In this document: positions 26,258 through 34,340 of the stretch, in pieces | How the letters are laid out: the number at the start of each line of letters is the position of its first letter | Position numbering within the stretch: the stretch's first letter is position 1 | IMG/VR virus record: IMGVR_UViG_3300025395_000007 | Origin: a virus | DNA length: 64,000 nucleotides | Direction: 5' to 3' (one strand) | Made by a program: the position numbers and the translations under genes | The notes under the pieces: generated by a model | Database searches by the model: none | Told to the model about the DNA's origin: nothing | What the model saw: only the letters and a program-made list of their open reading frames with translations

Positions 26258-26461
26258 ATGAGTGTCGTAGGCTTTGATACATTTCTAGATCTTAAGATTG
26301 TATGGGATGGCAGTGAGAAGTTCGATGTGCTATACCAAAGACATACCGATGAATGGGTTGTAGTTGATTCTTTCCTTCGGGATATTAATGATAGTGACGA
26401 AGCGAAGAATGAAGCATATCACTACCTTCGTGTCGTTCAACAAGAAATGATTGCTGCATAA
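26258..26461 (+). CDS. Hypothetical protein ending MIAA
   Basis: ORF with RBS. Confidence 0.65.
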   Translation: MSVVGFDTFLDLKIVWDGSEKFDVLYQRHTDEWVVVDSFLRDINDSDEAKNEAYHYLRVVQQEMIAA

Positions 26462-26479
26462 ATAACTTAAAGGTGACAC

Positions 26480-26767
26480 ATGAAAAAATTACTCCTCATT
26501 ACCACAGCTGTTCTTACTTTTACAACCTCTGCACATGCCGATGAATGGCGTAGATATAATCACCATGGCGGTGGTAATGGCGGAGCTCTTATCGGTGGCC
26601 TAATCGGTGGCATGATTCTTGGAGGTATTCTCGCTCAGCCTCGACAACAATACTATCAGCCTGAACCTCAATATTACCAGCCCGAACCACAATGCTGGCG
26701 TCAGCGTTTCGTTGACAATTATGGACGTGTTTTCGTCCGAGAAGTATGCAATTACGGAGATAACTAA
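26480..26767 (+). CDS. Secreted Gly-zipper, Tyr/Pro-rich protein (rhizobial BA14K-like architecture)
   Basis: Signal peptide ending SAHA; GALIGGLIGGMILGGILA; two YYQPEPQ repeats; C...C pair. Confidence 0.65.
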   Translation: MKKLLLITTAVLTFTTSAHADEWRRYNHHGGGNGGALIGGLIGGMILGGILAQPRQQYYQPEPQYYQPEPQCWRQRFVDNYGRVFVREVCNYGDN

Positions 26768-27153
26768 TGGATTGTGTAGCAATTGGTGATTATATCGCCA
26801 TAGGTGTAGCCACCCCTCTTTCTTGTGAGGTAAGAGCAGTATCAGATTATACTAGCTCTAAGATAACAACAATTGCAGGTGGTAAATTCCACACCTACTG
26901 CGTTGTCTCTGCTGGTACTAATGATCCAAATAGCTCTAAACTAGCCAGTAATTTAGAACACATCCGTAATATGTCTTCATGTAAGGTTTATGTCTGGATC
27001 ATTCCAGTTGACCCTACGGCAGCTAAGACTGTTAAGACATTGGCTACTTCTAACAGTGATAAGAGTGTTACGATTACTACAGGTCCAGATGGTATCCATC
27101 CTGCAAATTATACCGCTCTTGCAGGTTCGATTCAAGCGGTGACTGGTAATTAA
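26767..27153 (+). CDS. SGNH/GDSL-fold hydrolase-like protein
   Basis: IGDYIAIG (block I with Y in place of S), SAGTND (block III), DGIHP (block V). Confidence 0.65.
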   Translation: MDCVAIGDYIAIGVATPLSCEVRAVSDYTSSKITTIAGGKFHTYCVVSAGTNDPNSSKLASNLEHIRNMSSCKVYVWIIPVDPTAAKTVKTLATSNSDKSVTITTGPDGIHPANYTALAGSIQAVTGN

Positions 27154-27243
27154 TTTTTAAAAATAAGTGTTGACTTATTTTTAAAAATAGGGTATTATAT
27201 ATTTGTAGCGTTGGTGCTGCGGTGAAAAAAAGGATTTTATATT

Positions 27244-28203
27244 ATGGCTCACGAAATTGAAGAAGTAAATGGCGTTGCTCAAATGGCTTATGCAGGGGCT
27301 GTTCCTTGGCATGGTCTTGGCACGAAGGTTCCTAATGACCTGACTCCAACTCAGATGCTTGAGGCTGCAGGTCTTAATTGGAACGTATCTAAGGTTCCTG
27401 CATATGCCACTATCGCTGGCAATCAGGTCGCTATCGGCCAGTCTGCGCTGGTTCGCTCTATGGACGACAGCATTCTAGATGTTGTTTCTGATGACTGGAA
27501 TCCAGTTCAGAACGAAGAAGCTTTTGACTTCTTCAATGAGTTTGTTGCTGCAGGTGACATGGAAATGCACACTGCTGGTTCGCTCAAGCAAGGCCAGATC
27601 GTCTGGGGCTTGGCTAAGGTTAAGGAATCCTTCGAACTCTTCAAGGGCGATCAGATCGATTCCTACCTTTTGTTCTCTAACTTCCACAAGTATGGCTTCT
27701 CGACGGACGTTCGGTTCACTCCGATCCGTGTAGTCTGCAATAACACGCTTACTCTTTCGCTTAATTCTAAGGTTGAGCGTATGGCGAAGATCTCTCATCG
27801 TAAGGTTTTCGATCCAGGTAACGTCAAGGAAATGCTTGGCATTGCAACCGATAAGCTCGCCAAGTATAAGGAAATGGCTCAGTTCCTCGGTTCTAAGAAA
27901 GCCAAGGACGAAGATATCGTCGAATACTTCTGCCGTATTTTCCCTGTAACTGGTTCTTCTGAAATTAAGAAGAAGGAAGTTTCTAAGAATGCACAAATCG
28001 CGATGGACATTCTTCATACTCAGCCAGGATCTGAATACGCTGAAGGTACTTGGTGGCAGCCGTTCAATGCCGTTACTTACTTGACCGATCATCTTATCGG
28101 TCGTTCGGCTGACACTCGTCTTACCTCTGCATGGTACGGCTATAACAAGGGTGTTAAAACTAAGGCTCTCGAAGTTGCTATCGAAATGGCTGAAGCAGTA
28201 TAA
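27244..28203 (+). CDS. DUF932 / phage-plasmid TIGR03299-like protein
   Basis: VPWHGLG, AAGLNWNV, PVQNEEAFDFF, TAGSL, FTPIRVVCNNTL, GTWW..FNAVT. Confidence 0.88.
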   Translation: MAHEIEEVNGVAQMAYAGAVPWHGLGTKVPNDLTPTQMLEAAGLNWNVSKVPAYATIAGNQVAIGQSALVRSMDDSILDVVSDDWNPVQNEEAFDFFNEFVAAGDMEMHTAGSLKQGQIVWGLAKVKESFELFKGDQIDSYLLFSNFHKYGFSTDVRFTPIRVVCNNTLTLSLNSKVERMAKISHRKVFDPGNVKEMLGIATDKLAKYKEMAQFLGSKKAKDEDIVEYFCRIFPVTGSSEIKKKEVSKNAQIAMDILHTQPGSEYAEGTWWQPFNAVTYLTDHLIGRSADTRLTSAWYGYNKGVKTKALEVAIEMAEAV

Positions 28204-28223
28204 TAGTAAATAGGGATTTAAAA

Positions 28224-29327
28224 ATGGCACAGCGACCAAAGTTGATTAAGCGCAGCAAGCCGAAGCCTGTTCGCAAAACTCGTAGCGAACAGTATCTTGT
28301 GAATGTGAAGTATCTTGGTGATGAACCTAGTGCTGTGCAGATCGAGAAAAGTACGATTCGATCAATCAACTGGTACAATGCCATGTGCAGCAAGGATGAG
28401 GCTCGCGAGTATCTAGCTTCTTACCTTGCTGCACACAATCGTCCTTCTGAAGTAAAGAAGGTGGCGAAAATCTCCGATACATGGCTACCTCTTTCTGCTT
28501 GCTGGTTGGCGAGAATGTCGATCATTTCTCCAGAAACTGCCAAGAAAAATAACTGGCAATCTTCTATCGATCATTATCTCAAAGAAGCATTTGGTCATCT
28601 AGAGCCTGAGAAGAAAGTAACTACCACTCCAAAACCTTCTATTCAAGACCGTATCAAAGATCGTGGCGATGATATTATCGGCGATATTGAGCAGATGATT
28701 GATACTGAGGAAGAGTTTTCTCTATATGATTGGCTAAAGAAACACGAAATTCCTGCCATGTATTCGTCAAAAATCATTGAATATTATGGTCCATGGCTCA
28801 ATGAATTGATTGAAGCCTATGAAGGCAAGATTGAAGGATATACGAATTTCGCGAAAAAACAGCTGAAGGCTCGTATTACTTTCTTTGCTAAACTGCTAGA
28901 AGATGCAGCAAAATACGGTTCTGTTGCTAAGAAAACTCGAGCCACTCGTAAACCAAAGCCAGTATCAACTGATAAACTAGTTAAAAATGTTAAGTATCAA
29001 AAAGAAAGCAATGAACATAAAATTGCCTCGGTTACACCTAACTCTATCATCGGTGCTCAAAGTCTTTGGACTTTTAATACGAAGTATAATACTCTCAGCG
29101 TTTTTAATGCTATGGGTCCCAGTGGTCTTAATATTCGGGGCACTACCATTGTTGATTTTGACGAGTCAACTTCTCGATCTATTAAAATTGGTCGTAAAAC
29201 TAATGAGCGTTTGGAAACTGTTTTGAAGGGTGGTAAAATCGTTCTTAAGCGATTGGTTGAAGAAATGGAAACACCAGCCAATGGCCGTCTTAATGAAAAT
29301 ATTATTTTGTTGAAGGTGACGAAATGA
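28224..29327 (+). CDS. Conserved T4-like hypothetical protein
   Basis: 367-aa ORF; KPSIQDRI, IIGAQSLWTFNTK, NGRLNENIILLKV. Confidence 0.75.
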   Translation: MAQRPKLIKRSKPKPVRKTRSEQYLVNVKYLGDEPSAVQIEKSTIRSINWYNAMCSKDEAREYLASYLAAHNRPSEVKKVAKISDTWLPLSACWLARMSIISPETAKKNNWQSSIDHYLKEAFGHLEPEKKVTTTPKPSIQDRIKDRGDDIIGDIEQMIDTEEEFSLYDWLKKHEIPAMYSSKIIEYYGPWLNELIEAYEGKIEGYTNFAKKQLKARITFFAKLLEDAAKYGSVAKKTRATRKPKPVSTDKLVKNVKYQKESNEHKIASVTPNSIIGAQSLWTFNTKYNTLSVFNAMGPSGLNIRGTTIVDFDESTSRSIKIGRKTNERLETVLKGGKIVLKRLVEEMETPANGRLNENIILLKVTK

Positions 29328-29551
29328 GAAAAAGTTCAGAGATTATTAAAGATGTTATCGAATCATTAGAAAAACTTATTGATACTCTTGATGATGAATG
29401 GCATCATAATAATGAAGGTGAATGGAGAATGGCAGACAATATCCGTGCTAATGTTTTGCCATTGGCTAAAGAGAACTTTAAATTTCATTTAGATGAATAT
29501 ATTGATCGCCGAATCGAAACGTATGTAAAGGTCAAAAATGAGACTGAGTGA
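29324..29551 (+). CDS. Hypothetical protein
   Basis: Coupled ORF. Confidence 0.6.
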   Translation: MRKSSEIIKDVIESLEKLIDTLDDEWHHNNEGEWRMADNIRANVLPLAKENFKFHLDEYIDRRIETYVKVKNETE

Positions 29552-29698
29552 TAGGTGGTTTGTAAGTTGGATTTGGCCAAGGTATGGCGAAATATTCGTA
29601 TGGAATCGTACTAGATTTAATGGTGGTGGTTATATGTTTGGCGCCGCACCTTATACGTATTGGAGAATTGGTCCTATTTTTGTAAAAAGGTATATGTG

Positions 29699-29983
29699 AT
29701 GACTGATGCTAGAATAAAACTTCTTACTGAAGGTCCAGGCGGCATTATGGAAATGAAGCAGACGATTGCCAATAAGGAAGCTGAGATTGCTCGCCTACAA
29801 AAGTATCGTAACTTCGTAATGTCATTTTACTATGAACCAATGGAGCTAAGTCACCATAAACTACCGAGTCAATATAATCACTGGCAGCAAACTGCTGGTA
29901 AGCTGATATATCAAAATGAACCTGATACTGGATTTACTGATGAAGAGCTAGGGCATAGGAATACTAAAAATGAACAAGCGTAA
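29699..29983 (+). CDS. Hypothetical protein, paralog of the C-terminal part of 25581-25976
   Basis: GPGGIMEMKQTI.NKE.EI.RLQKY..FV...EP.ELS..K. Confidence 0.7.
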   Translation: MTDARIKLLTEGPGGIMEMKQTIANKEAEIARLQKYRNFVMSFYYEPMELSHHKLPSQYNHWQQTAGKLIYQNEPDTGFTDEELGHRNTKNEQA

Positions 29984-30446
29984 GTTAGTTACTGATAGAA
30001 ACAGTTTGACTGTCAATACTAAATCTTCTTTTCTTACTGAAGAAAATATCAAGAACATTGAAAAGCATTACAAGGCTACCTATCTCCTTGAAACGTGCGC
30101 TAAGGATCGTAACGGTGGTTGGGCTAACTTTCCAGCAGCTATCTTCTATACGGAAACAGCTCACCCAGAAGGTTCAAACTATTTTGCATTGTATGTTACC
30201 GAAGATAGGCAGCTGATGATTGCCAATGGTTTGTCTGCAGTAGAGGATGTTGTGTTTAAAGGTTTAGAAACGGAAGGCACTGTTATCTATTCTCGTTACC
30301 GTCATGATTATCGAGATGCTGGTAATGGAGCTTTCGTTGATGGTGGAAGAGATTATTTCCGATATGGTGGTGATCAATTCGATGATTATAACATTGTAGA
30401 GTTTGTGGTTAATAAAGATAAATTGGAGTTTAAAAATGCTGATTGA
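29970..30446 (+). CDS. Hypothetical protein
   Basis: YSRYRHDY...FVDGGRDY motif. Confidence 0.7.
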   Translation: MNKRKLVTDRNSLTVNTKSSFLTEENIKNIEKHYKATYLLETCAKDRNGGWANFPAAIFYTETAHPEGSNYFALYVTEDRQLMIANGLSAVEDVVFKGLETEGTVIYSRYRHDYRDAGNGAFVDGGRDYFRYGGDQFDDYNIVEFVVNKDKLEFKNAD

Positions 30447-30663
30447 TATCGATGCTGAGACAATTGATAAGATTTTTCAAAATACTTTGATTCAAGATTA
30501 TCGTATGCTGTTAAAACAGAAACAAGAGCTTACTGAAAAACTGACAACAGTGTCATTGCACCAATACGAGCTTGAAGATCTTAATGATACAGATCGTTGG
30601 CTTTCAGGTATAGGGATCATGATGGAATATTATATTGGTGCTAATTGGAAAGATAAAGTTTGA
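30436..30663 (+). CDS. Hypothetical protein
   Basis: ORF with a GGAG RBS. Confidence 0.6.
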   Translation: MLIDIDAETIDKIFQNTLIQDYRMLLKQKQELTEKLTTVSLHQYELEDLNDTDRWLSGIGIMMEYYIGANWKDKV

Positions 30664-30694
30664 CTTTTCTCTCTAATAAGGTATAATAAATATA

Positions 30695-30760
30695 TTGCTG
30701 ATGTTGATGACATCTAGTGGAATAGACACTGAGGACGCGGGGGCGGTACCCGCCGCCTCA
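30695..30760 (+). pseudogene. Remnant acceptor piece of a permuted tmRNA
   Basis: GGAC-GCGGG-GGCGGTA-CCCGC-CGCCTCA has the alphaproteobacterial tmRNA T loop but lacks CCACCA; it follows a TTGACT/TATAAT promoter at 30660-30687. Confidence 0.75.
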
Positions 30761-30799
30761 AAATTAATTTTATATAAATAAGTTAAAAAGGACATCTTT

Positions 30800-31351
30800 A
30801 TGGCTTATTATGTATATAAAATTACAAATAAAATAAACAGTAAATGGTATATAGGTAAACGCAAGCATATGTCGCCGCTTAATGATTCTTACATGGGTAG
30901 TGGTAAACTAATTAAAGCTGCTATTGTCAAATATGGTGTAGATAATTTTATTAAAGAAATATTACAAATTTTTGATACTAATGATGAAGCCGCTAATTTA
31001 GAGAAAACATTAGTAACAAAACAAGCTATCAATACTAATATGTCTTATAACATGCATGAAGGTGGACACGGAGGATTTGCGCATTTAAATGATGGCAGTA
31101 AAGCACATAAAGAGCGATCAAAAAAAGGTGCAATGAACTCTACAGGTAAATTACATCCAAATTGGGGTAAATCTTCGTTTGCTAAAGATGATCCAAGAAC
31201 TATTGAAATGTCTAAAAAAGCAAATGAAAATAGGAAAAAAAATGGTCTTACTAATGAGCATAAAGAAAAAATAAAAATTGCTTCAATAAAAAGAGAAGAG
31301 CAAAGAAGATTAACAGGTTATTATCAGAAAATGTCGGCTGATAATTATTAG
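30800..31351 (+). mobile_element. Free-standing GIY-YIG (Seg-like) homing endonuclease
   Basis: YVYKITNKINSKWYIG, YMGSG, KYGVDNF.KEIL, YN...GG.GG; late promoter TATAAATA at 30773-30780. Confidence 0.9.
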
Positions 31352-31576
31352 AAAATATACAAAATAGCTATGGACTCGGCTCTCGGATGCCGACATCTCC
31401 ACCAATTTATACGGGGATGAAAGGGATCGACATGGTATGGAGTATTTTTTTAGACATCGTGTGCAAACTACGTTAACGTAAGATAAAATTATCTGCAAAC
31501 GATAATTCACTTCTTGAGATGCGCCTAGCGGCTTAATCTCTTGGGTATGAGTTCCACCTCGAAACAGAACGGGCTC
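31330..31576 (+). ncRNA. ssrA: Circularly permuted (two-piece) tmRNA
   Basis: Acceptor piece ends CATCTCCACCA (31404); 8-nt spacer; coding piece starts GGGGATG (31413, G3:U70) followed by GAAAGGGATCGAC; tag 31495-31536 reads ANDNSLLEMRLAA*; terminal hairpin GAGTTC...GGGCTC. The 5' boundary is approximate. Confidence 0.92.
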
Positions 31577-31615
31577 ACTTTATAACACACAAAACACACA
31601 CAAAGGAGACTACAA

Positions 31616-31828
31616 ATGAGTACACCATACGATTTAAGATTTAATCTTGTTCATTTCGCAAGAGATCAACTTAACGCTGAATATCAGGCTGCTCTGGAAA
31701 AGATTATATTATCATATCCAGAAGCTTCCGAAGAAAAAACAAAATTAATTTCTGCTCTTAAATATCCAACAAAATCGGATATTATTAATCTTGCTGAAGA
31801 AATTAAAAAGTTTGTCGACAATAAGTAA
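31616..31828 (+). CDS. Small conserved-type phage protein
   Basis: MSTPYDLRF...YPT..DII.LAEEIKKFV; AAGGAG RBS. Confidence 0.75.
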   Translation: MSTPYDLRFNLVHFARDQLNAEYQAALEKIILSYPEASEEKTKLISALKYPTKSDIINLAEEIKKFVDNK

Positions 31829-31840
31829 TATAATTGGTCA

Positions 31841-31890
31841 CCTAGCGGCTTGATCGGAGTTCGGGAGGCACTTGGCAACAGAAGCCTCCC
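31841..31890 (+). pseudogene. Remnant 3' tail of a second tmRNA coding piece
   Basis: CCTAGCGGCTT.ATC repeats the tag end at 31524 (LAA*); hairpin GGGAGGC-ACTTGGCAACAGAA-GCCTCCC parallels CACCTCGAAACAGAA. Confidence 0.6.
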
Positions 31891-31903
31891 ACCTAATTTT
31901 ATT

Positions 31904-31980
31904 GGCCTCGTAGCTCAGCTGGACAGAGCAATGGATTTCTACTCCACAGGTCGGGCGTTCGAATCGCTCCGAGGTCGCCA
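31904..31980 (+). tRNA. tRNA-Arg(UCU)
   Basis: GGCCTCG/CGAGGTC acceptor, loop TTTCTAC, GTTCGAAT, CCA. Confidence 0.93.
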
Positions 31981-31986
31981 ATTTTT

Positions 31987-32078
31987 GGGGGTGGGTGTTG
32001 GTACACAGGGAGTCCTTATAAGGCTTTCAGCGGCAGATTACCGTTCTCGACAGGGTTCAAATCCTTGCACCCCTACCA
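31987..32078 (+). tRNA. Atypical tRNA with UAU anticodon (nominal Ile) and a long variable arm
   Basis: GGGGGTG/CACCCCT-ACCA acceptor; D arm GTGT-TGGT-ACAC; loop CTTATAA; V arm AGCGG/CCGTT; T arm CAGGG-TTCAAAT-CCTTG. Confidence 0.8.
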
Positions 32079-32093
32079 TCAATGGAGATTCAA

Positions 32094-32267
32094 ATGGAAG
32101 AATTATCTCTTAACTATTCTGTAGATATGATGAAAAAATACGCATTTATTGACGAACTGAATAATTATTTGAATATTCTTCCACCTGAAGATAAAGATAA
32201 AAATAATCCCATAATTGAATATATTGAGAAAAGAATTGCACACATTGACAAGAAATATAAAAAGTGA
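32094..32267 (+). CDS. Hypothetical protein
   Basis: GGAG RBS before MEELS. Confidence 0.55.
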   Translation: MEELSLNYSVDMMKKYAFIDELNNYLNILPPEDKDKNNPIIEYIEKRIAHIDKKYKK

Positions 32268-32271
32268 AAAA

Positions 32272-32499
32272 ATGGTTTTAGAATTGAAGACAAATACCTT
32301 TATCGAAGATATCGAAAAGCTTTGTAAAACTAAAAATTTAGAATATATTGATGCTGTTGTTCTTTGGTGTGAGAAAAATAAGTTGGAAGTAGAAACTGCA
32401 GCTTATTGGATTAAGAAAGACCCAGCAATGAAAGCGAAGATTCAAGCAGAAGCCGAGAATCTTAATGTTCTTAAACGTGGTGCTCGATTACCAATCTAG
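32272..32499 (+). CDS. 33: Late transcription coactivator gp33
   Basis: FIEDIE...YIDAVV.WCE...E.E.....K.KI..EAE.LN.L.....LPI; synteny 33-59-32. Confidence 0.88.
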   Translation: MVLELKTNTFIEDIEKLCKTKNLEYIDAVVLWCEKNKLEVETAAYWIKKDPAMKAKIQAEAENLNVLKRGARLPI

Positions 32500-32508
32500 G
32501 AGTATATT

Positions 32509-32736
32509 ATGCCTTATGTGACTACAGATGTTTGGGTGGACGATCTCGATATTGAAGATTGTGATGATGAAGAGTTGATCGATGAACTCAAGAGTCGTGG
32601 GTTTGAAGTTAGTAATCCTGGCGATAAGCTTAATATTGGAAACCTTTACACTACATACATGACAATGTCTCCTGAGTTCTTTGAGAAAGAACTGAAGAAG
32701 TTCTTTAATGAAAATCTAAATGTATATGTGAGATGA
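32509..32736 (+). CDS. Hypothetical protein
   Basis: DDEELIDELKSRG motif; AGGAG RBS. Confidence 0.65.
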   Translation: MPYVTTDVWVDDLDIEDCDDEELIDELKSRGFEVSNPGDKLNIGNLYTTYMTMSPEFFEKELKKFFNENLNVYVR

Positions 32737-33314
32737 TGTCAGCACTTGAATGTTATCAGGAATACCTCGCTCTGAAGAATCACTTCAGTAAACCTTCTTA
32801 TGATTATTTTAAATATAATGGTAAGGTAAGAGTTAATGCAAAAACATTCGATGCTCGTAAAGACAAATTGTTCTTTCAGAAACTAGCCAAACATCCAGAC
32901 GTTCATAGTTTCTTAATTGCTAATCTTTCTGAAAATGAAAAAACATGGATTAAAGAATTAGCATATTCTGAAGTTGCTGAAAAAGTATACAAAGATTGGT
33001 CGAAACGCCAACAGTCTTTGTCTTATGTTTTTAAACAGGATCTAACAAAACTTGACCCTGTATTAAAAAATAACTTCAATTGTAAAGAAGGCGAACATCC
33101 ACTTCTTTTGAGGTTATATCTAGGGAAAGAAATTTCTTTAGAAACACTATGTCTCTTATTAGAATTCTCAGGTGTTAAACAAAAATGGGATTCTAGAATG
33201 GAGTACGATTTGGTTTGGGAATCTCTTAAAACCAAAATTGAAAAATATACCCCTTTCATCAAATATGATAAAGACAAAATAGTTAAAATTGCGCTTGACT
33301 TTTTTGATGAATAA
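32733..33314 (+). CDS. 59: Helicase loader gp59
   Basis: YLALKNHF...YDYFKYNGK, RKDK.FF.KLA, ISLETL, KY.PF. Confidence 0.93.
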   Translation: MMSALECYQEYLALKNHFSKPSYDYFKYNGKVRVNAKTFDARKDKLFFQKLAKHPDVHSFLIANLSENEKTWIKELAYSEVAEKVYKDWSKRQQSLSYVFKQDLTKLDPVLKNNFNCKEGEHPLLLRLYLGKEISLETLCLLLEFSGVKQKWDSRMEYDLVWESLKTKIEKYTPFIKYDKDKIVKIALDFFDE

Positions 33315-33394
33315 CGGTATACTAAATAATGTTGCGAGTGAATATTATCGCTCAATAAACTGTCATACTGATATTAAACATACGGAGAATACAC

Positions 33395-34315
33395 ATGAAC
33401 TTTTCAAGTCTCAAGGCACAATCTGGCAAGAAGTCTCTCGAAGCTCTTAGCGCAGAACTAACTAAGCTTAGTGGAAACCAAGAATCAAAGGGTGCAGACG
33501 ATCGTTTCTGGACACCTACGGTTGATAAAGCTGGCAATGGCTATGCTGTTATCCGTTTTCTCCCTGCTCCCCCAAATGAAGATGTCCCATTTATTCGCAT
33601 GTTCGACCATGGTTTTCAAGGTCCAACTGGTTTGTGGTACATTGAAAATTCTTTGACAACTCTTGGTAAGCAGGATCCTGTTTCTGAGTATAACTCGAAG
33701 TTGTGGAATTCAAGCACTGACGATAAGTCTCCTGAACGTGCTCAGGCTCGTAAGCAGAAACGTCGTCTTCACTTTGTTTCTAACATTTATGTAGTTAGCG
33801 ATCAGGGTAATCCTGCAAATGAAGGTAAGGTATTCTTGTTTAAGTACGGCAAGAAGATCTTCGACAAGCTCAACGAAGCGATGAATCCTCAGTTCGAAGA
33901 TGAACAGGCGATGAACCCATTCGATCTTTGGGCTGGTGCAAACTTTAAGTTGAAGATTCGTCAGGTCGAAGGTTATCGTAATTATGATAAGTCAGAGTTC
34001 GATAAGTCTAAGCCACTTCTTGAAGATGATGAAGATTTGGAAAATGTTTGGAAGGGCGAACACTCTTTGAAGTCGTTCCTTGATCCTTCTAACTTCAAGT
34101 CTTTTGAAGAACTTCAGGGTCGTCTTTTGAAGGTTCTTGATGATGCACAGACACCTAAGAATAAGGTTGCTCGCGCAGAGGAAGAAGATCTTCCATGGGC
34201 TCGCGAAGATGCTGCTCCTAAGTTTAAAGAATCAGCTGCACCAAAGGTCTCTGCATCTACAGATGATGATGAAGATGATGATTTGATGGCCCACTTTAAA
34301 AGTCTGGCACGGTAA
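33395..34315 (+). CDS. 32: Single-stranded DNA-binding protein gp32
   Basis: DDRFW...DKAGNGYAVIRFLP, WYIENSLTTLG, YGKKIFDK, GANFKLKIR, NYDKSEF; acidic tail. Confidence 0.97.
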   Translation: MNFSSLKAQSGKKSLEALSAELTKLSGNQESKGADDRFWTPTVDKAGNGYAVIRFLPAPPNEDVPFIRMFDHGFQGPTGLWYIENSLTTLGKQDPVSEYNSKLWNSSTDDKSPERAQARKQKRRLHFVSNIYVVSDQGNPANEGKVFLFKYGKKIFDKLNEAMNPQFEDEQAMNPFDLWAGANFKLKIRQVEGYRNYDKSEFDKSKPLLEDDEDLENVWKGEHSLKSFLDPSNFKSFEELQGRLLKVLDDAQTPKNKVARAEEEDLPWAREDAAPKFKESAAPKVSASTDDDEDDDLMAHFKSLAR

Positions 34316-34340
34316 TATTTGGACTAATTTTTGGTGATGT

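Larger units (their letters stand above)
15422..27198 (+). promoter_or_regulatory. Array of about 17 sigma70-type early promoters
   Basis: TTGAC/TT-type -35 hexamers start at 15422, 15736, 16144, 16788, 17170, 17752, 18278, 18579, 18829, 20531, 21345, 23557, 23882, 24088, 24638, 25520 (TTGTCT) and 27170. Each has a TAnnnT-type -10 after 16-17 nt; many share a downstream TCTTAYGGTTGAAA-GGA leader. Confidence 0.85.

Noticed and set aside
27475-28239. 254-aa minus-strand ORF (and similar shadows at 19073-19453, 23859-24266, 59488-59859, 60120-60566)
   Set aside because: Antisense or off-frame shadows of well-supported genes, without RBS or recognisable motifs.
30760-31365. Group I intron in the tmRNA carrying the GIY-YIG ORF
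   Set aside because: The ORF flanks are only about 40 nt (promoter and RBS) and about 15 nt, with no room for P3-P9 core elements. Splicing would also give a worse acceptor stem than the downstream copy.
31987-32078. Selenocysteine or suppressor tRNA
   Set aside because: The anticodon is UAU, not UCA/CUA/UUA, and the acceptor/T stems are 7/5.
31310-32113. Track ORFs 31310-31510, 31684-31878 and 31850-32113
   Set aside because: They overlap the tmRNA, the tRNAs or a better-supported gene.
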